Part shown: piece after piece, positions 24,375-38,268 of the stretch
How positions within the stretch are numbered: the first letter of the stretch is position 1
How the letters are laid out: the number at the start of each line of letters is the position of its first letter
From: Phoronis australis
Taxonomy: Eukaryota; Animalia; Phoronida
Direction of reading: 5' to 3'
Length of the DNA stretch: 64,000 bases
Assembly (NCBI GenBank): GCA_002633005.1
Contig: NMRA01000104.1
Location: 900,175 to 964,174 of the forward strand
Made by a program: the position numbers and the translations under genes
The notes under the pieces: model-generated
What the model was told of the DNA's origin: nothing
Database searches by the model: none
Seen by the model: only the letters and a program-made list of their open reading frames with translations

Positions 24375-27300
24375 AATTTCCGAAGGCATACTCACAGATT
24401 TTTGGCAGTAAACCAAGCCAACGCGTGGAACATGGGAGACGGGGCATCTCGCAGGGTTTGTAGGTCTCTTCATCCAAGTAACTTTGAATTTATTCGAGCT
24501 GACGCGTAGGCCAATTTTAGTTCATTCCAGTGGTAGCTGTTACAGTTTGCGAGTTAAGCTTTTAACTTCCAAAAATCGCTGAAATCTTTGTTTATGATTG
24601 GCAGTACATGTACGATATGTCGAGTACTTTAATTTATTAGACATACAGTTTGTACACGGTCGTAAAAACTCGTATCCCCGAAAGTCTCTTCGGCATGTGC
24701 GAGTTACTGTTTCTTACTAACAACTCCTAGTAACATTCTTAAAAGAAATACACTTCTTATACCCATCCCTTTCTTCAAACAAAGCAAGGTACTAGGACAT
24801 ATGTACAGAGAGTACTGTACAAATACTCAGCGGAAAGATAAGGTTCATCCTTTGCTGAAAAAAGCGTTTTTAGAGGAAAAACATAAAATGATCACCATAA
24901 AAGTGGTTGATTTGAATAAAGGCTGTAGTCGTTAGAAAAATTACTTCAGTTTGGTATGCTAAACCCGGGTTTCCTTCAATGAAACTATCTTTTGACTAAC
25001 GGCTATGAAACTGGTCAAAACTTGCTCCTTACAGAGACGAGAAGTAATTTTTGGTCTTGCAAAGTTCGTTATCACTCGAAACCATGTTCTCCATGACATG
25101 ATTTAAATTTATTATAAAATAGGAAGTATTCAGACGACAGATGCTAACATGTGAATCTCCATAGGAGCGAAAGTGAGGCTACTGACTTTCCTGCCGTATC
25201 TGCAGGTGTGCCGCTATTTCGTACCTCAGGGCATGGGAGAGCAATCAGTGCGGAAGGCGAGAATTGACGCACTGCGACAAGTCACCTTGTAGAGCCTTGT
25301 CTCATGCAACAGCCGATTGTGAATTATTTCCAACCTCAGAAGTCGCATCTATTTTGAACAATTTGAAACCAATTTCATTAGTGGTTTAAATAAAAGTTGT
25401 CATTTTTTGAAGTAATGCTGGTTTATAACTGCTTTAAAGGGGACGTGTCCTTACCTAACGACGTAACAATGGAAACATGAATAGCCCAGTGAACTCTCTA
25501 CCATTAGAGGAATTGGACGGTATCCTGTCGATGTTGACATTGATTTGGAACGGACCGATTTTGGATGGTTTGAACACACTTGTTCTCGCTTACACCCTAA
25601 GATTGTGAATAAAAAAGGAAATGTTCACATTTTGAAAGTCTCATTCACCTGTCCATCAGTGTCATCCTCTGAGAGATCTCTCAAAGAGGCCATCTTTCCC
25701 AAGCTGTGAATCGATGCTTGTCACACATTTTGAGATGCGGTGTTTGATCATTTTTTAAAGGATCATTCTCGTTTTTACGGCCGCAAAAAGTATATTAATC
25801 GTTGATTTGGATAGATTTTTTAAATTTATTACCTATGACCAGAGCTATGAAACAATAAATTTGTTGATTTTTTATTATTTTTTGTTTGTCAGACATTCGC
25901 GGCTGAAACCAAACTCGGTGACTTTGCCATTTAAATTCGCTTAAAACACATTTTCGTCCATTGTGTGCTAATTTACTTGTTAACATAGCGTTTATTTGCA
26001 AATGCGTCGGTCCCCGGTTCGTATCTGCCCGTGGGATGATTTCAGACAATCATTTTCTCGCTGATGATGTCACTTTAAACGAGTTCTGTATATAACAAAT
26101 CTCCAGGCAAGTCCTACTGTGAATTGTGTTAATTTTATTCTCTATTTCCTTAAATTTATGCATCCGCCGATGTGGGATTTTGTCCAGGGGGGTACGGAAA
26201 GCCTAGGGGCAAATATCATGGGTGTTAGATGTTTCTGCGTTACAGCAATGGAATACCTTTGAATCCGTGCCTGTTAGAATCAAACATATAAATTCATTAT
26301 TTCTCAAGTAGTGTTGTAGTTGGGCAAATGAACGTGTTTGTATGCTAATTGGGTATTTTCTCACACATGTCAGAATCTTGCATGGGGCCCATTCGTTTAT
26401 CGACTCTCGAAAGCATATATTTTTCATATTGTTGATAGCCACGGGAACATACGGTCTTGTTTCCAGTCCTGTGCTCGTTGCTGTTTAACAAACCAGGGTT
26501 TGGGAAGACTTTTTTGTGTGACCATCAAACTGTGATTTTCACACATGGTTCTAATTTTAAATCTGGAGATCAACGTATCCGGGTCGCTTGTGTCCTAACT
26601 CCTTATAACAATAATAACGCAAGTGCAAGATTACCTTTCAAACACGCAAGTTTTTTTCTAAGTTTTGACTGTCCTTCTAGAATAGCTCAGCCAGGAAATC
26701 CATTGTCCGTTATTTTGACAACATGATTAGAAGAAAACAATTCCACTAGCTTTAAGTCGTTGCGAAATCGGAGCTGTGTTTGCAAGCACATACTGATAGT
26801 TACGCTTGCACGGCATCAACAGGTTTAGACAAATTGGTGTTCACATCTGGGATTAATAATAAGTTGCAGATAGGACGCCTGAAGAAAAGACAGAGCGGTC
26901 GCTTAAAATAAGCCGTCACAAAGGTTTCCTATTCGCATTATTGACAGCATTTATCATAACAGTAATTATAGCATAACATTAATAAGCAAAAATGCTTATA
27001 TTCTGTTGAAACGCGTGCGATCTCCATGTGCAAACAGAGCCTAACTCTAAGTTAGGCTAAGCCATTTAGTGCCGGACTCTGCCGTTGAGCAAAACTGGTG
27101 GCGCGCCCGTACATAACAGGGTTGCAATCACAAGATCCCACACAACTTTATCGCTATGTGAGACGCTCCTGCTGTAAACTAGAGCGCTTGCGTGTTTCAC
27201 GTTTTTATCATCAACTTTGCACGCCATCCTTCTGCGCATGTGTGAGCTTCAGTCATTCTCCAGTGTGAAAAGCACATGACTGCCACACTACCGAAGTCCA

Positions 27301-27388
27301 CTTATGTGCAGATTACCGGTCACCTTCGAGGGGACATGTCAGTGTTCGAAAATACAGATGTGTTTTAGTTGTGTGCATGCGTAACGTG

Positions 27389-27528
27389 CAGTGTTCGAAC
27401 TCGATCCGCCGGGCCAGTTACTCTGAAAATTTACTGGCCTGAGTGCCAAGTTAACTTTTAAAAGTTACTGGCCCGGCCGTAAATCCACTGGCCCCGGGAC
27501 ACCGGGCCAGCGTGTATTTTGAACGCTG
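27389..27528. mobile_element. hAT-type MITE (140 bp)
   Basis: TIR CAGTGTTCGAA ... TTTGAACGCTG, with a perfect 8-bp TSD GTAACGTG (27381-27388 and 27529-27536). Confidence 0.85.
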
Positions 27529-27559
27529 GTAACGTGTAAGTTTAAACAGAGATCCTCTG

Positions 27560-27715
27560 CAGGGGCGGATCCAGGATTTTGAGTTAGGGGCGGCCAGGGC
27601 AGAGTATTAGCCAGGATTTTGCCACTCAGACATTCGCGTCCCCAGACTGCCAAGTGGAATCTGGGAGAATTTTAGGGGAGGCCATGATTCCCATACCCCC
27701 CTAAATCCTCCACTG
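27560..27715. mobile_element. MITE (156 bp) with CAG termini and 5-bp TSD, copy 1
   Basis: CAGGGGCGGATCCAGGATTT ... AAATCCTCCACTG with TSD CTCTG. A second copy lies at 62723-62877. Confidence 0.85.
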
Positions 27716-28904
27716 CTCTGATTTAAAAACGACAACATCCTCCATCTGCGTACACTACCAAGGTCAGTTCGAGCGATTCTAACGCTTCGTGCCTGCTTGA
27801 TAAACATATTTCTGAATATCAAGGTGATGTGTTTCTCTAAAACAGTAACTCCGACAATACAACATTCTGGCAGAGTTCAGAATATTATACCCTTTGAGTC
27901 AATCATGTTTCTTCATTCCAACTTGCTCCGATTACATTGGCTTGCAACATCATCTTGCCTCTTAAAGATGTTAGACGTTAAGTGGCCACGTAGCTACAAA
28001 TGATTTAAGGGCTAATTTTCGTTGCAGACAATTAAACGCACCAGTTCACCAGAGCCTTGTACGAAGTAAGCCCATCATCGCCTACACTGTATTAAAAACA
28101 TGTCTTTACATCGTTTTCTAAATTTCTTTACTTTTTAGTTTAGAGTGGTGGTTGTAATTTACCAAACACAAATATGAACACGTGGCCCAAGACTTTCATG
28201 GGTTATAAAGTGACATTCCTGCAAGCCAAACAGAATGTATGACTGTGTCAAAAGTGCTCATTCTATTCCACGATCCCACTTAGTTATTGGTATCACCTGG
28301 GTGGTCATCGATACTCTTAGTCATATCACTCAATTATATGGCCCATGTAAGGCATTTTTATGTCATAATAAAGTCGCAAATTTGCCCACACTCTTAAATA
28401 ACTAACCGCCATCTTGGATTTCAATATGGTGTCGATTTTTAAAAATTAGTGGAAGCTCAGGATGTGTATGAGCGGTTTTGAGAATAAACCTTTCACAGTA
28501 GTAGGCCTTGTTAAATTCGCCTAAAGCGTGCATTGACATTTACTTCATCACCAGGTTTTTATGTAGAATTGTGAGCGCAGCACAACTGTATGCCTCATAA
28601 ACACTGAGATACCGAAGGTTTCTTAAAAGGGCACTTTTACTTTTCTGTGCTTTGAAATGTGCTTGTTTAACGCTATAGGAAGCCTTTCGGCGAAATATGC
28701 ATCACACTGACGAAAAAACCTAAGTCACGTTGCTATAAGTACCTTTTGCGCATAGTGAGACACCTTAGGAGGCCGTCGATGTCTTTAATTCCATCCAACT
28801 CGAACCAAGTCCTGAACTTTTTTTCGAGCAGTCCTTCGTTCAATTGCCCAAATCGGCATCTGACCATTTTTAACACTGCGCACGCTCCTGGTGCGCGCGG
28901 TAAA

Positions 28905-29540
28905 GAAGTATGAAGCGCCAAAGGGTTCTTAAACGAGTGACTTTTTGGGCGTTGCAATGTGCTTAATCTATTTGTACTTTTGCTTAATCTACGCGTACTT
29001 TTAATTCTTAAACGATCATCGTTCTGCTCTTAATCAATCAATGTGAGAGCACTGGCGTGATTGGACTATATGATCTGATTAAAAGTAGATTAATTAAAAT
29101 TACGCCTTCATTAAGCACATTTCAACGCGCAAAATGTTATTCGTTCAAGAACCCTTTGGCGCTTCATAAAAAGGGCGGGATTGGACTATATGAACTAATT
29201 AAAAGTACGCGTTAATTAAGTAAAACTACGCGTAGATTAAGCAAAAGTACGCGTATATTAAGCACATTTCTACGCGTTGAAAGGTACTCGTTTAAGAACC
29301 CTTTGTCGCTTCATATTATTCAACGTGCACTGATCTGTACCCCAATCAAAGACAAGTTTACAGTCAGTAATTACTGCAGAGAGGAGACAGCACAGACGGA
29401 ACAAGGCCGAACTGATTTTAAACTACGCGTTGAAAACGCAACTGTGCGCATTGGATAACCAATTATGTGCGTTGATTAAGCAGTTCTGCGCGTTGATTTA
29501 GAAACAGTGCTCATTGAATAGCACATTTCAACGCGCCTAA
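28905..29540. repeat. Complex direct and inverted repeat array
   Basis: Unit TTAAGCACATTTCAACGCG...AAGAACCCTTTGGCGCTTCATA occurs three times direct (~29110, ~29258, ~29520) and once inverted (~28909-28968), with repeated TACGCGTA motifs. Confidence 0.65.
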
Positions 29541-30731
29541 AGAAACTTTGTCGCTTCATAGACACAGTCCTGGCGTGGGTTCCATAGACGAGAGAACCTC
29601 GCGAAAACGCAAGGCTTCGCGAGATATTGCCCACGTGACAAGCCAAACACTTGGCAATATTTGAATATTTCAATAGTGTATGAAAATGTGATGAAAATTG
29701 GTTGAAAAGTTGACTTTTGTCAAGTTAATGAAATATTGGCATATATCATTTACTCATATACAAGTGGTGTTCAGGAGAAACTAGGTCGCAATTTCGTCGC
29801 ATAGAGATCGGTAGATAGGCGTATCCATTGTTCTTATAATGCAGATAATGACAAGAATTTATCGGTAACCGGATGTTGTGCGCCTCAGGTACGATGTCCA
29901 TGCGACTTGTATTGTTATATCCAACAGAGTCGCAACAAAGGAAAATAATGGTGGTCGGCTTCATTTTCATTAAAACCAGTAAAATTTGATAATTATTTTT
30001 AATGCAAGTCAGCGTTATTAAGAGAAACTGTTTACAGCCATCTGACAATCGCATCTATACGCGTAATATTCAAACTTAAAAATGGGCTTAATCAAGATAT
30101 ATTTGAGATATTTTGCCGCTTTGTAGCAATGCTCATCGGTTAGAGGTCAATTTCTATTTGATCAACTTTCCTTTGGGAGCAAAGAATACCAAAAACAATC
30201 ATCGAGAAATTTGTCAACTTTCTAGATCTGTGAGTGTCAAAATTTTGACGTTTGGAGCTCTCCTAGTGATCAAATTGCTTGGAGGGGACTGTCAGTTGGA
30301 GGGGACTGTCAATTTGCAATATCGGTTTCACAGCCTCTGTCAAGTCTCCATTCATTAAATATAAGCGTCTATGCACAAGTTTTGTCTAATTGTCTACTGT
30401 GTTTGCGGAGACACCTTCTTCGTATTACAGTTCATAAAAAATTGTTGAATTCGCAAAAGGAACACGTTTCTGCTTCTTCAGAAACTTAGATACACGTCCA
30501 AATTCTGTTTTCCTGTTCATTTCTAAACAGTCATACCATTCGTCGCGACAGCCTTCCAACTATTTTCGTACTATTATGTTTCTGAAATGCTCTTGCTCGG
30601 CAACTCGGAACGTCAGAAAAGAGTAAAACAACACATATTTGGTTTACCTGCGTGAACATTGTCACAAAACCGGAACTATGGTTTGACCAGCATCCTGGAC
30701 TACATATGCACGCCACAGCAACAGAATCAAG

Positions 30732-30819
30732 GCAAGATACTGCCTGCGTCACTGGCAGTAATTCGGTAACGCCGTGCAAGATACTGCGTGCGTCACTGGC
30801 AGTAATTCGGTAACGCCGT
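30732..30819. repeat. 44-bp tandem duplication
   Basis: GCAAGATACTGC(C/G)TGCGTCACTGGCAGTAATTCGGTAACGCCGT, two copies. Confidence 0.9.
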
Positions 30820-32090
30820 GCAGTGTGTTAGTAGCCAACAAAGAAATAATGATTTTGTACTTCGGCGCGCGATATAGCATAAAACCGCACCGAACCATGG
30901 TTTGGGTTCCGTTTCAGAAAATGACTAAGACAGAAATTTGGTCTTACATTCCCATTTCATTATAGCTGAATAATTTAGGAATAACTTATAAATGTTATCT
31001 CAGTAACTACTAGTTATGTGTATGTTCTCAAAAGACTTTTACCACCCCCCTCCATACTTGCACATTTCACCAAGAGATTACAAAATTCTCCGAAGCATTA
31101 ATTGGGTAAAGCGTTAATTCATATTAGCTGAAATTATCTTAGGAAATTTCATATTTCATGGTCGAATGATGTTCAAATTTAGGAATTTTAATTGGCATCA
31201 AAATTACCGAAGCATAAACTGGTAAATTCCACGAAAATGTGTCACTTTCAACGCGGGAAGTTTTTACATTTGAAACGTACACATACGTATTAAGTGGAAA
31301 ACGTCAAAATCAAATTTCCAGGTGAAAATACTCAGGAAAACTATTTTAAAGCTCAGGACATATTGACTACATGATTATCTTAGGCACCTGCCTGGGAACG
31401 CCGCGTTATGTTTTTTAGAGAAATCTTATAAAACACTGCAATTTAGTCCGTCTTTAGAAATCACCTTTATAATTTGTGTGCAAAAATATAGGATATGGCT
31501 GTCAAAGCTTAGGACCTTTAATAAAACGGAAACCAGATCGATCCACTTATTTCGCAAATGAGTGAAGGCACTTTGGAACTGACAATGAGGTACACGCCTA
31601 AGAAAAACACCCAATTAACCTCCTCCTTGACATGACGCTATATAATTAGCTATCGTCTGTCTGATACTTGACTAAAGAAGAACGCAATTACATATATTAT
31701 TCGCATTGTTAAGCTATGACAACGAGTTCCAGTGTCTGCAGAACAAATAGGAGAGTTTATGGCCACTGGGGTTGCATGCCCTAAATTCGTGCTTTCCAAA
31801 CGCGTGCACAGAAATCAATTCGGTTTGAAGAAACACTGGAATTCGAAAACAATTTTTAAGTTTTAATAGGCCTATTTTTCGTCATAATCATCAATCTACT
31901 TTTTTCTTTTCAATACGTATTAAGGCTTAACGCCGTAAATTATAAACACACACTTTCCCAAGATTCAGCTGACCAACGTATGACGACAACAACACGTGTT
32001 TGCTTATGCACTGGAACCCATATTCATAACATACTCATTTGGAAAATGTAAATCTTACTTACTATACATAATATTTTCATTTCTTTCAGG

Positions 32091-33290
32091 ATGTCAAGTT
32101 TCCTGGACGTGATCGGGAAAGTTGCCAAACTTTCTCTACATTACGACGACGACTTCTTCGATCGACTGAGTCACCGCTACACACTAGGTGTCCTCGTTGT
32201 TGCCACGATCATCGTCAGCACTAAACAATATGTGGGGGACCCAATAAACTGCTGGTGTCCAGCACATTTCACTGGCAGTCACGAGGAATATACAAACAAT
32301 GTCTGCTGGATTTCAAATACATACTATGTCCCTATCGAGGACAACATTCCCTTCGAATTACCCATAAGGAGAGACAAGGAACTCAGCTATTACCAATGGG
32401 TACCATTTATTCTTCTCTCTATGTCCGGTTTGTTTTATTTCCCGCATGTCCTCTGGCGGCTGTTCACAGGGCGCATTGGACTCGACTGCAACGGGATTGT
32501 GTGTGCTCTGAATAACACGGAACATATGAATCCCGAAATCCGCGACAAAACAATAAAATTCATTGTAAGGCACATGGATAGGTATTTTGAGCATCAAAAG
32601 GAATACAGGAACGGTTGTTGCGCTCGTTTGCAGGCGTTTCTCGCCGACAAATGTTGTTTATTTTGGGGAAAACGTTACGGTAATCAAATTGTTGCCATGT
32701 ATTTGGTTTCCAAATGCATTTATATTGCCAACTCCATTGCGCAATTATTCCTCATGAATCTCTTTTTACGCCGTGATTATAATTTTTATGGCATTGAAGT
32801 TATGGAACGTCTCATGAATGGTACGGACTGGAAGGAATCGCACAGATTTCCGCGTATAACTTTGTGCGACTTTGAAATTCGTCGCATGGGCGGAATGGTG
32901 AACACCCATCGTTATACGGTGCAGTGCGCACTTCCGGTCAATTTATTCAACGAAAAGATCTTCCTGTTCCTCTGGTTCTGGCTCGTTCTAGTCGCCTTCC
33001 TCACGTGTTGGGGAGTGTTGCCATGGATACTTACACTCTTCCGTAGGACTCGCATACAATACGTCAAGAAGCATCTAAAGATGGCGGAGAAATACAACAA
33101 AAGTGACGCTAAAATATATAAAGCGTTTACAGACAAGTATTTACGCCAAGATGGCGTATTCGTGTTGAGGATTATTAGTAAGAACACTAATGATATCATT
33201 ATCTCAGAAATCATTGTTGCACTGTGGGACTATTTCAAAAAACACCGACGAAGTTACCACCCCAACGCAAACGTTGAGCATGCAATATGA
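32091..33290 (+). CDS. inx: Innexin (unc-9-like), paralog 2, 399 aa
   Basis: Motifs DDDFFDRLSHRYT, KQYVGDPINCWCPAHF, YYQWVPFIL, FPRITLCDF and QCALPVNLFNEKIF. The acceptor TTTCTTTCAG|G sits directly before the ATG. Confidence 0.97.
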   Translation: MSSFLDVIGKVAKLSLHYDDDFFDRLSHRYTLGVLVVATIIVSTKQYVGDPINCWCPAHFTGSHEEYTNNVCWISNTYYVPIEDNIPFELPIRRDKELSYYQWVPFILLSMSGLFYFPHVLWRLFTGRIGLDCNGIVCALNNTEHMNPEIRDKTIKFIVRHMDRYFEHQKEYRNGCCARLQAFLADKCCLFWGKRYGNQIVAMYLVSKCIYIANSIAQLFLMNLFLRRDYNFYGIEVMERLMNGTDWKESHRFPRITLCDFEIRRMGGMVNTHRYTVQCALPVNLFNEKIFLFLWFWLVLVAFLTCWGVLPWILTLFRRTRIQYVKKHLKMAEKYNKSDAKIYKAFTDKYLRQDGVFVLRIISKNTNDIIISEIIVALWDYFKKHRRSYHPNANVEHAI

Positions 33291-34033
33291 TTGTGTACGA
33301 CTTAAATCCTGTTAGTCAAACATGCAGAGATTTACAAAGCTTACGGGAAATCTGTTCTCCTCACTTCAACGTCATTGAGGCATCTCTGTGTTGTCTCATA
33401 CTGCGCGGTTGAGTCAGTCTTAACTGATGTCACGATCGTGAATTTGGAACTGATTGACTGAGATTTGGCCTGGATCAATTCACGTGATACGTCGGGTGTG
33501 GATATATAGCTGCCGAAAGATGGTTCTTCATAGGTCGTTCGTTACCTGGGATTCAATATCCCCGGGATGCAATAAGTGGTGCTTCCAAACCTCGGTTCAA
33601 TTACAGGTATTGCGTGCGGTAAGCGATTCGATGCACTGTTAATCATTTAGGGCAATACTTACGATGTGGTGGGCAGTGCTCATCGAGACGCATGTGTTCA
33701 GGAAATTTGTGTGGCTTTCTACAATATCGTGGGTGTTATTAAGTTATAAAAAGTCTAGTCTAAATTATGAGAATGTCTAGTCGCACAGATTTGACGTTTG
33801 TAGTGCTCATTACTGTTGAAATCATGGAGTATAGTACATGGGCTGTCAACTCTGTGCATTCTCAATGCACAAAAAGTGTTAACTAGCGCACAAGCCATTG
33901 GCCGCCTCTACGTCACTATTCATTAGCAGCGCTTAATGTCAATCACGGTTTTACTTCCGGCAAGTAAGTCGTCGGCTCACTAACCGGAAAGTGGCAACTT
34001 GTTAAACTGTTGTCTATGAGCTATGATGAAACT

Positions 34034-34039
34034 AATAAA
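34034..34039 (+). terminator. Candidate polyadenylation signal of innexin 2
   Basis: AATAAA about 745 nt after the stop, followed by T/GT-rich sequence. Confidence 0.4.
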
Positions 34040-37000
34040 TGTACTATATAGTGACGTCAGTCGTATTTATATCCAATTACAGTGTTTTTTGTACGTCATC
34101 CAATCAGCCAGACCTCTTCGTTTCATCAAGATGAAAAGAAAAAAGAAATGCTGGTGCTGTTTTTTAGAAAGTAAGACTTTCCTATTCAGATGTCCGCAAA
34201 TGCTTTTGGGGTGTTCAGATCAGCAGGCATGAATTATAATTGCACAATTAGATTACATGCACAGACTGATTATGTTACGGTTTTGTCAAATCTTGTAACC
34301 TGTATTCTTAAGCCAATTAGCAAAACGTAGGGAATGTCAATTTGTAAAAGTATACATTTTATGAAAGTAGAAACATTGGGTATTCTGAAAATATGTTTGT
34401 TACAAGTCTGCCATTGTTATGTTCACGCCAATAGGCTTTTAAGTCAAAATTTCGTTTTTTTTGATAGGTACACTCATAACAGAACGACCCATAGAATGAC
34501 CTTAATCAAACCATTTCTATTTAGAAACTTTACATTTGGCCTCCAAACCATTGTTAGGATTTTTTGATTACTTGCTTACTTTGAGTTTCAAACTAGATTA
34601 ACTTATAAGAATTGAACATGTCAATCAACACAATACACGTAACAGCAGGTGTCTTATTAAATGGAAATACACGCCAAATTGAGAAATCCTAAAATCGTTT
34701 TGGAGATGGATAAACAAATAACAATAGTGGGAAGTCTCATTGAAGTTATGAAGTTTTTTTAGAATTCGTGTTCATAATTTCAAACAATGTCGTTGGACAG
34801 GAGACGAGAAAAAGCGGCAAAGATTTAGGACCCATGAAATTCTCAAGGTTTATCCCATACCTTCGTTAAAGCAAGTTACCGATCGTTGCAAGTTACCTAT
34901 TCGCTTACGTTGCTATTTAAGTCATTTTTTACCTTAAATGTCAATTGAATTCGCGTCACGTAATTAAATTAGTTAGATTGTCGGAGTCGTTGTTCAGAGT
35001 CTTGGCTCAATATAGATCACGGGGAGAAGCTATCGTTTACAAATCAACAGTGCATTGTGGTACACTCTATGTGAAAAATGCCGGCCAATGAATTCCAACT
35101 ATAAACTTGGATTATAGAAACAGTAAAACTTAAAATGACAGATGAAATGAATGAATTTAGGTGAGGATTCAACTTTTTTTACACTTGTGTGCGCTCGTGA
35201 AAACAAAAGCGCTCGTCGCCGTCCATAGTCGATGCATTATCATATGTTTCCGTCGTGAACGCTATTTTGATCGAACGTTTGAGTATTTTTAACTGCAATG
35301 AGAAAAAGTTCTGGAAGTTAAAGCAGTCGACACGTTTTGATAAATTACAAGCAATATTGCTCACAATCTGGGTTACTTAGGCGTCTTGCGTCTGCAACTC
35401 GTCACACTTCTACATAATGCCTGGCGGAGTTTTTGAGTGACAGCTCTGTAACCATAGACATCGCATAGACCGGGCGCACGCGCTCCTGCCGCTGACAACT
35501 TGACGCCATATTTGGAGAGTGCTACTAGTCACGTGACACGGCTAATTGCCGTGTAAACAAACGGGGCAAATTGTCCTTTTCAAAGCGCGATATCTAACAA
35601 ATAAAGATTGCGAAGAAAGTGATTTTTTCCAGAGACATACAAAAACATGTGATGAAGCACTTACAAGCGTTTTTTTTAAGATTTAATCAGTCGATAGGGA
35701 AAATATCAAACTATTAGAAGATCGCTGTGGAGGAATACCGCAGACACTACTCATGATATCTGCAATCCCCGTGTTAAAGTATTAACTGGAGGAGGCCGAA
35801 GTAAACCAAAAATGTCGACTCGGTCTCAACAGATAGGGCTTTGAAATTCCCGTCATCTCCTAGATTCTCATTCCACGAGACCACGAAGTGCAACGTTACG
35901 TTCCATCGCATATGGCTTCATGTGGTGATAAAGGCGCTGCAAATGGCAATGGCACAGTTGGTACCCAGCACTTTTGTTGGACGGACCTGGCCTTGAAAAA
36001 TCAGCTCTGGGAGCTCCAATTACTCTGGTTAACAGGGTGAGCAAATTCAACTTTTCATCTTCGCGACAATGGCCATTGCAACCGAACGGATACTTTAAAA
36101 CACGAACAAAGGTTCTCCAAATTTGCAGAATTCACTCCTAAGCCACCGTAAGCATGCAATTACAATGAACTGAGAGAGCACATTCAGACTGTCAAACCTC
36201 TTCAGATTATAAAAATCAGGTGGAAAATGGGTGTCGACCAACCAGATTTCCTATAAACCTAGGGTATCTGAAGGCCAAGGGTACCTGAATTTAGTGTTTA
36301 GTTTCAATTTCCCCCTTGCAAGCAGTAAAGGTTTAAAAATAACTCGACCAAACAAAAAAGAAATCAATGATCAACAACTAGCGTTCCTTTAATCAGAACA
36401 GTAAATTCCATCCGTAGCTTTCACGTGGAGCGCAACCTAGCAGACGTCAATTCTTAATGAAACGGGGGGACGTAAATGATTCAACCGTGGCTCAAAACTA
36501 TTGGTTGCCTCCATCACATCAGTAATTTTTTTTTTCGTGGACACCGTGCGCATGCCCAACACTTATGTGTTAAAATAATTTTTTTCATATCAAAATACAT
36601 CAAAAAACAACCTCACCAGTAGACCAGCCGACAAATTAGAACTCCCACTAGCATGTATTAGCTGATCTCGATCGAGTTACGGGATTCTATTGGTCGATAC
36701 GTACGAACCATGATAATTAACCAATCACGACATTAATCGCCCTCCATTGTATTTAGTGTGAAAAGTCGTTAGGCGTTGCTGCTCGTTTTCCCGTGATTTA
36801 TCGTATGATAAAGAATGGCAAGGGTTTCCTCTTGTGGTGGTTGTGACAACTCTCCACATGAGCATGTGGTGGCTCTTTTCACTTTCTTGCGGAACATCAG
36901 AGAAGCGCTACACTTTTTCACAGTACTACCTTTCGTAGCACTGTGAAAAAGTGTAGTGCCACATCCGCGCTTCTCATGGTTCATAGCACTGTGAAATGTT

Positions 37001-37290
37001 GTTTATCATGGCAACTCATTGGTTAAAGTAATGAAACCGACGTCATCACATTCACTCATTGCCATTGGTTGAAATCTGGGAAACACCTTTCAGTTTACAG
37101 TTACGTAATATGGCAACCACCTTTGACTTGAATAGTTACAATTAATTAAAACGGGTAGTGATCGAAGTAAACAAAATCAAGGAAACCCCGAGCCGTAGCA
37201 AAGCCCAAACACTTACAGTGTATTGAAGACGTGTGCGATGTGAGCGATAAACTTCCGACCAAGCATGCGCATTGATGCCCACGCAAGGTA

Positions 37291-38268
37291 CCCGCTCATC
37301 CAAAACCTTTACGGCAAACAGATGGCGCTGGATGCAATGATGCTTTACTAACAGGCAGCGCTGCTTACAGTCATGTGACATTCTTGTGTGAACTGAATCT
37401 TGACCCAGCACCTTGACCTACATTCTACAGCTGCTGATGTCACGTCGCCGTTGTGACAACGTGACATGATGAGCTCAGTGCTTCACTCTTTGTTTAAACC
37501 GTCAGCTATTATTAATCATGGCGACCAACATGTTCATAGTGCATGGTTCAGTTCGTTAAATAGATACTATATAAGTAGAAACCACTCTCTTTTGCCTTAG
37601 TGTTGATAGAACATAAAATATTACAGGCGTTTCTTCTTGGTGAACCATCAGCTGCCGTGCCGTGCCACGGCCAGTCCCGGGTCTGCTGGGCTCAGTGTTG
37701 TTGGCTAACGAGACACTGAACGAAAAAGAAAATATCGCAAGAGAATAAAACCTAACATGTATATCACCATGTATAATTCAAGCATAATTTAAAAATATAG
37801 TGGTTATATTTCAACCTAATTAAAATCATGGTTGTTGACTAAAGAGTTGCCAAAATCTCGCCGGGCGGAAAAGTGGCCGGACCCGGTTTAGTAGCCTCAC
37901 CATGGTCACGTTCATTGAATATATATTTTACCCCAGCGTTTAGGCCGAGCAACCACAACAGCGTAGATTATTAACACTTTCATCTTAATTGTATGTTATA
38001 AATAGTTATTACAAATGGGGTTTTAAACATGGAATGTCGGACACAAAGATTTCTTTTCCACACTAATTCGCCACTCATCAGGACCATGAGGACATACACT
38101 GTCTGGTTCGTGAACTCTCGTGACCTGTGGCTACAGTCAGCAGTAGCAGAATGTAGGTCAAGGTGCTTGGGTAAGATTCTCTGGCAGACAGTCTTATTTG
38201 AGCGATAAAATGACACGTGATTGATGAGAAGCGCCATCTGTTTGCCGTAAAGGTTTTGGATGAGCGGG
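37291..38268. mobile_element. Non-autonomous TIR element (~980 bp), TA-flanked (Tc1/mariner-like)
   Basis: Perfect ~39-bp TIR CCCGCTCATCCAAAACCTTTACGGCAAACAGATGGCGCT, with further inverted similarity (AGCACCTTGACCTACATTCT) out to ~150 bp. TA on both sides. Confidence 0.8.

Noticed and set aside
27240-27545. First exon of innexin 2 (CAGTCATTC near 27250, GTAAGT near 27536)
   Set aside because: No TATA or E-box homology to the other promoters, and the donor overlaps a MITE TSD. Unsupported without transcript data.
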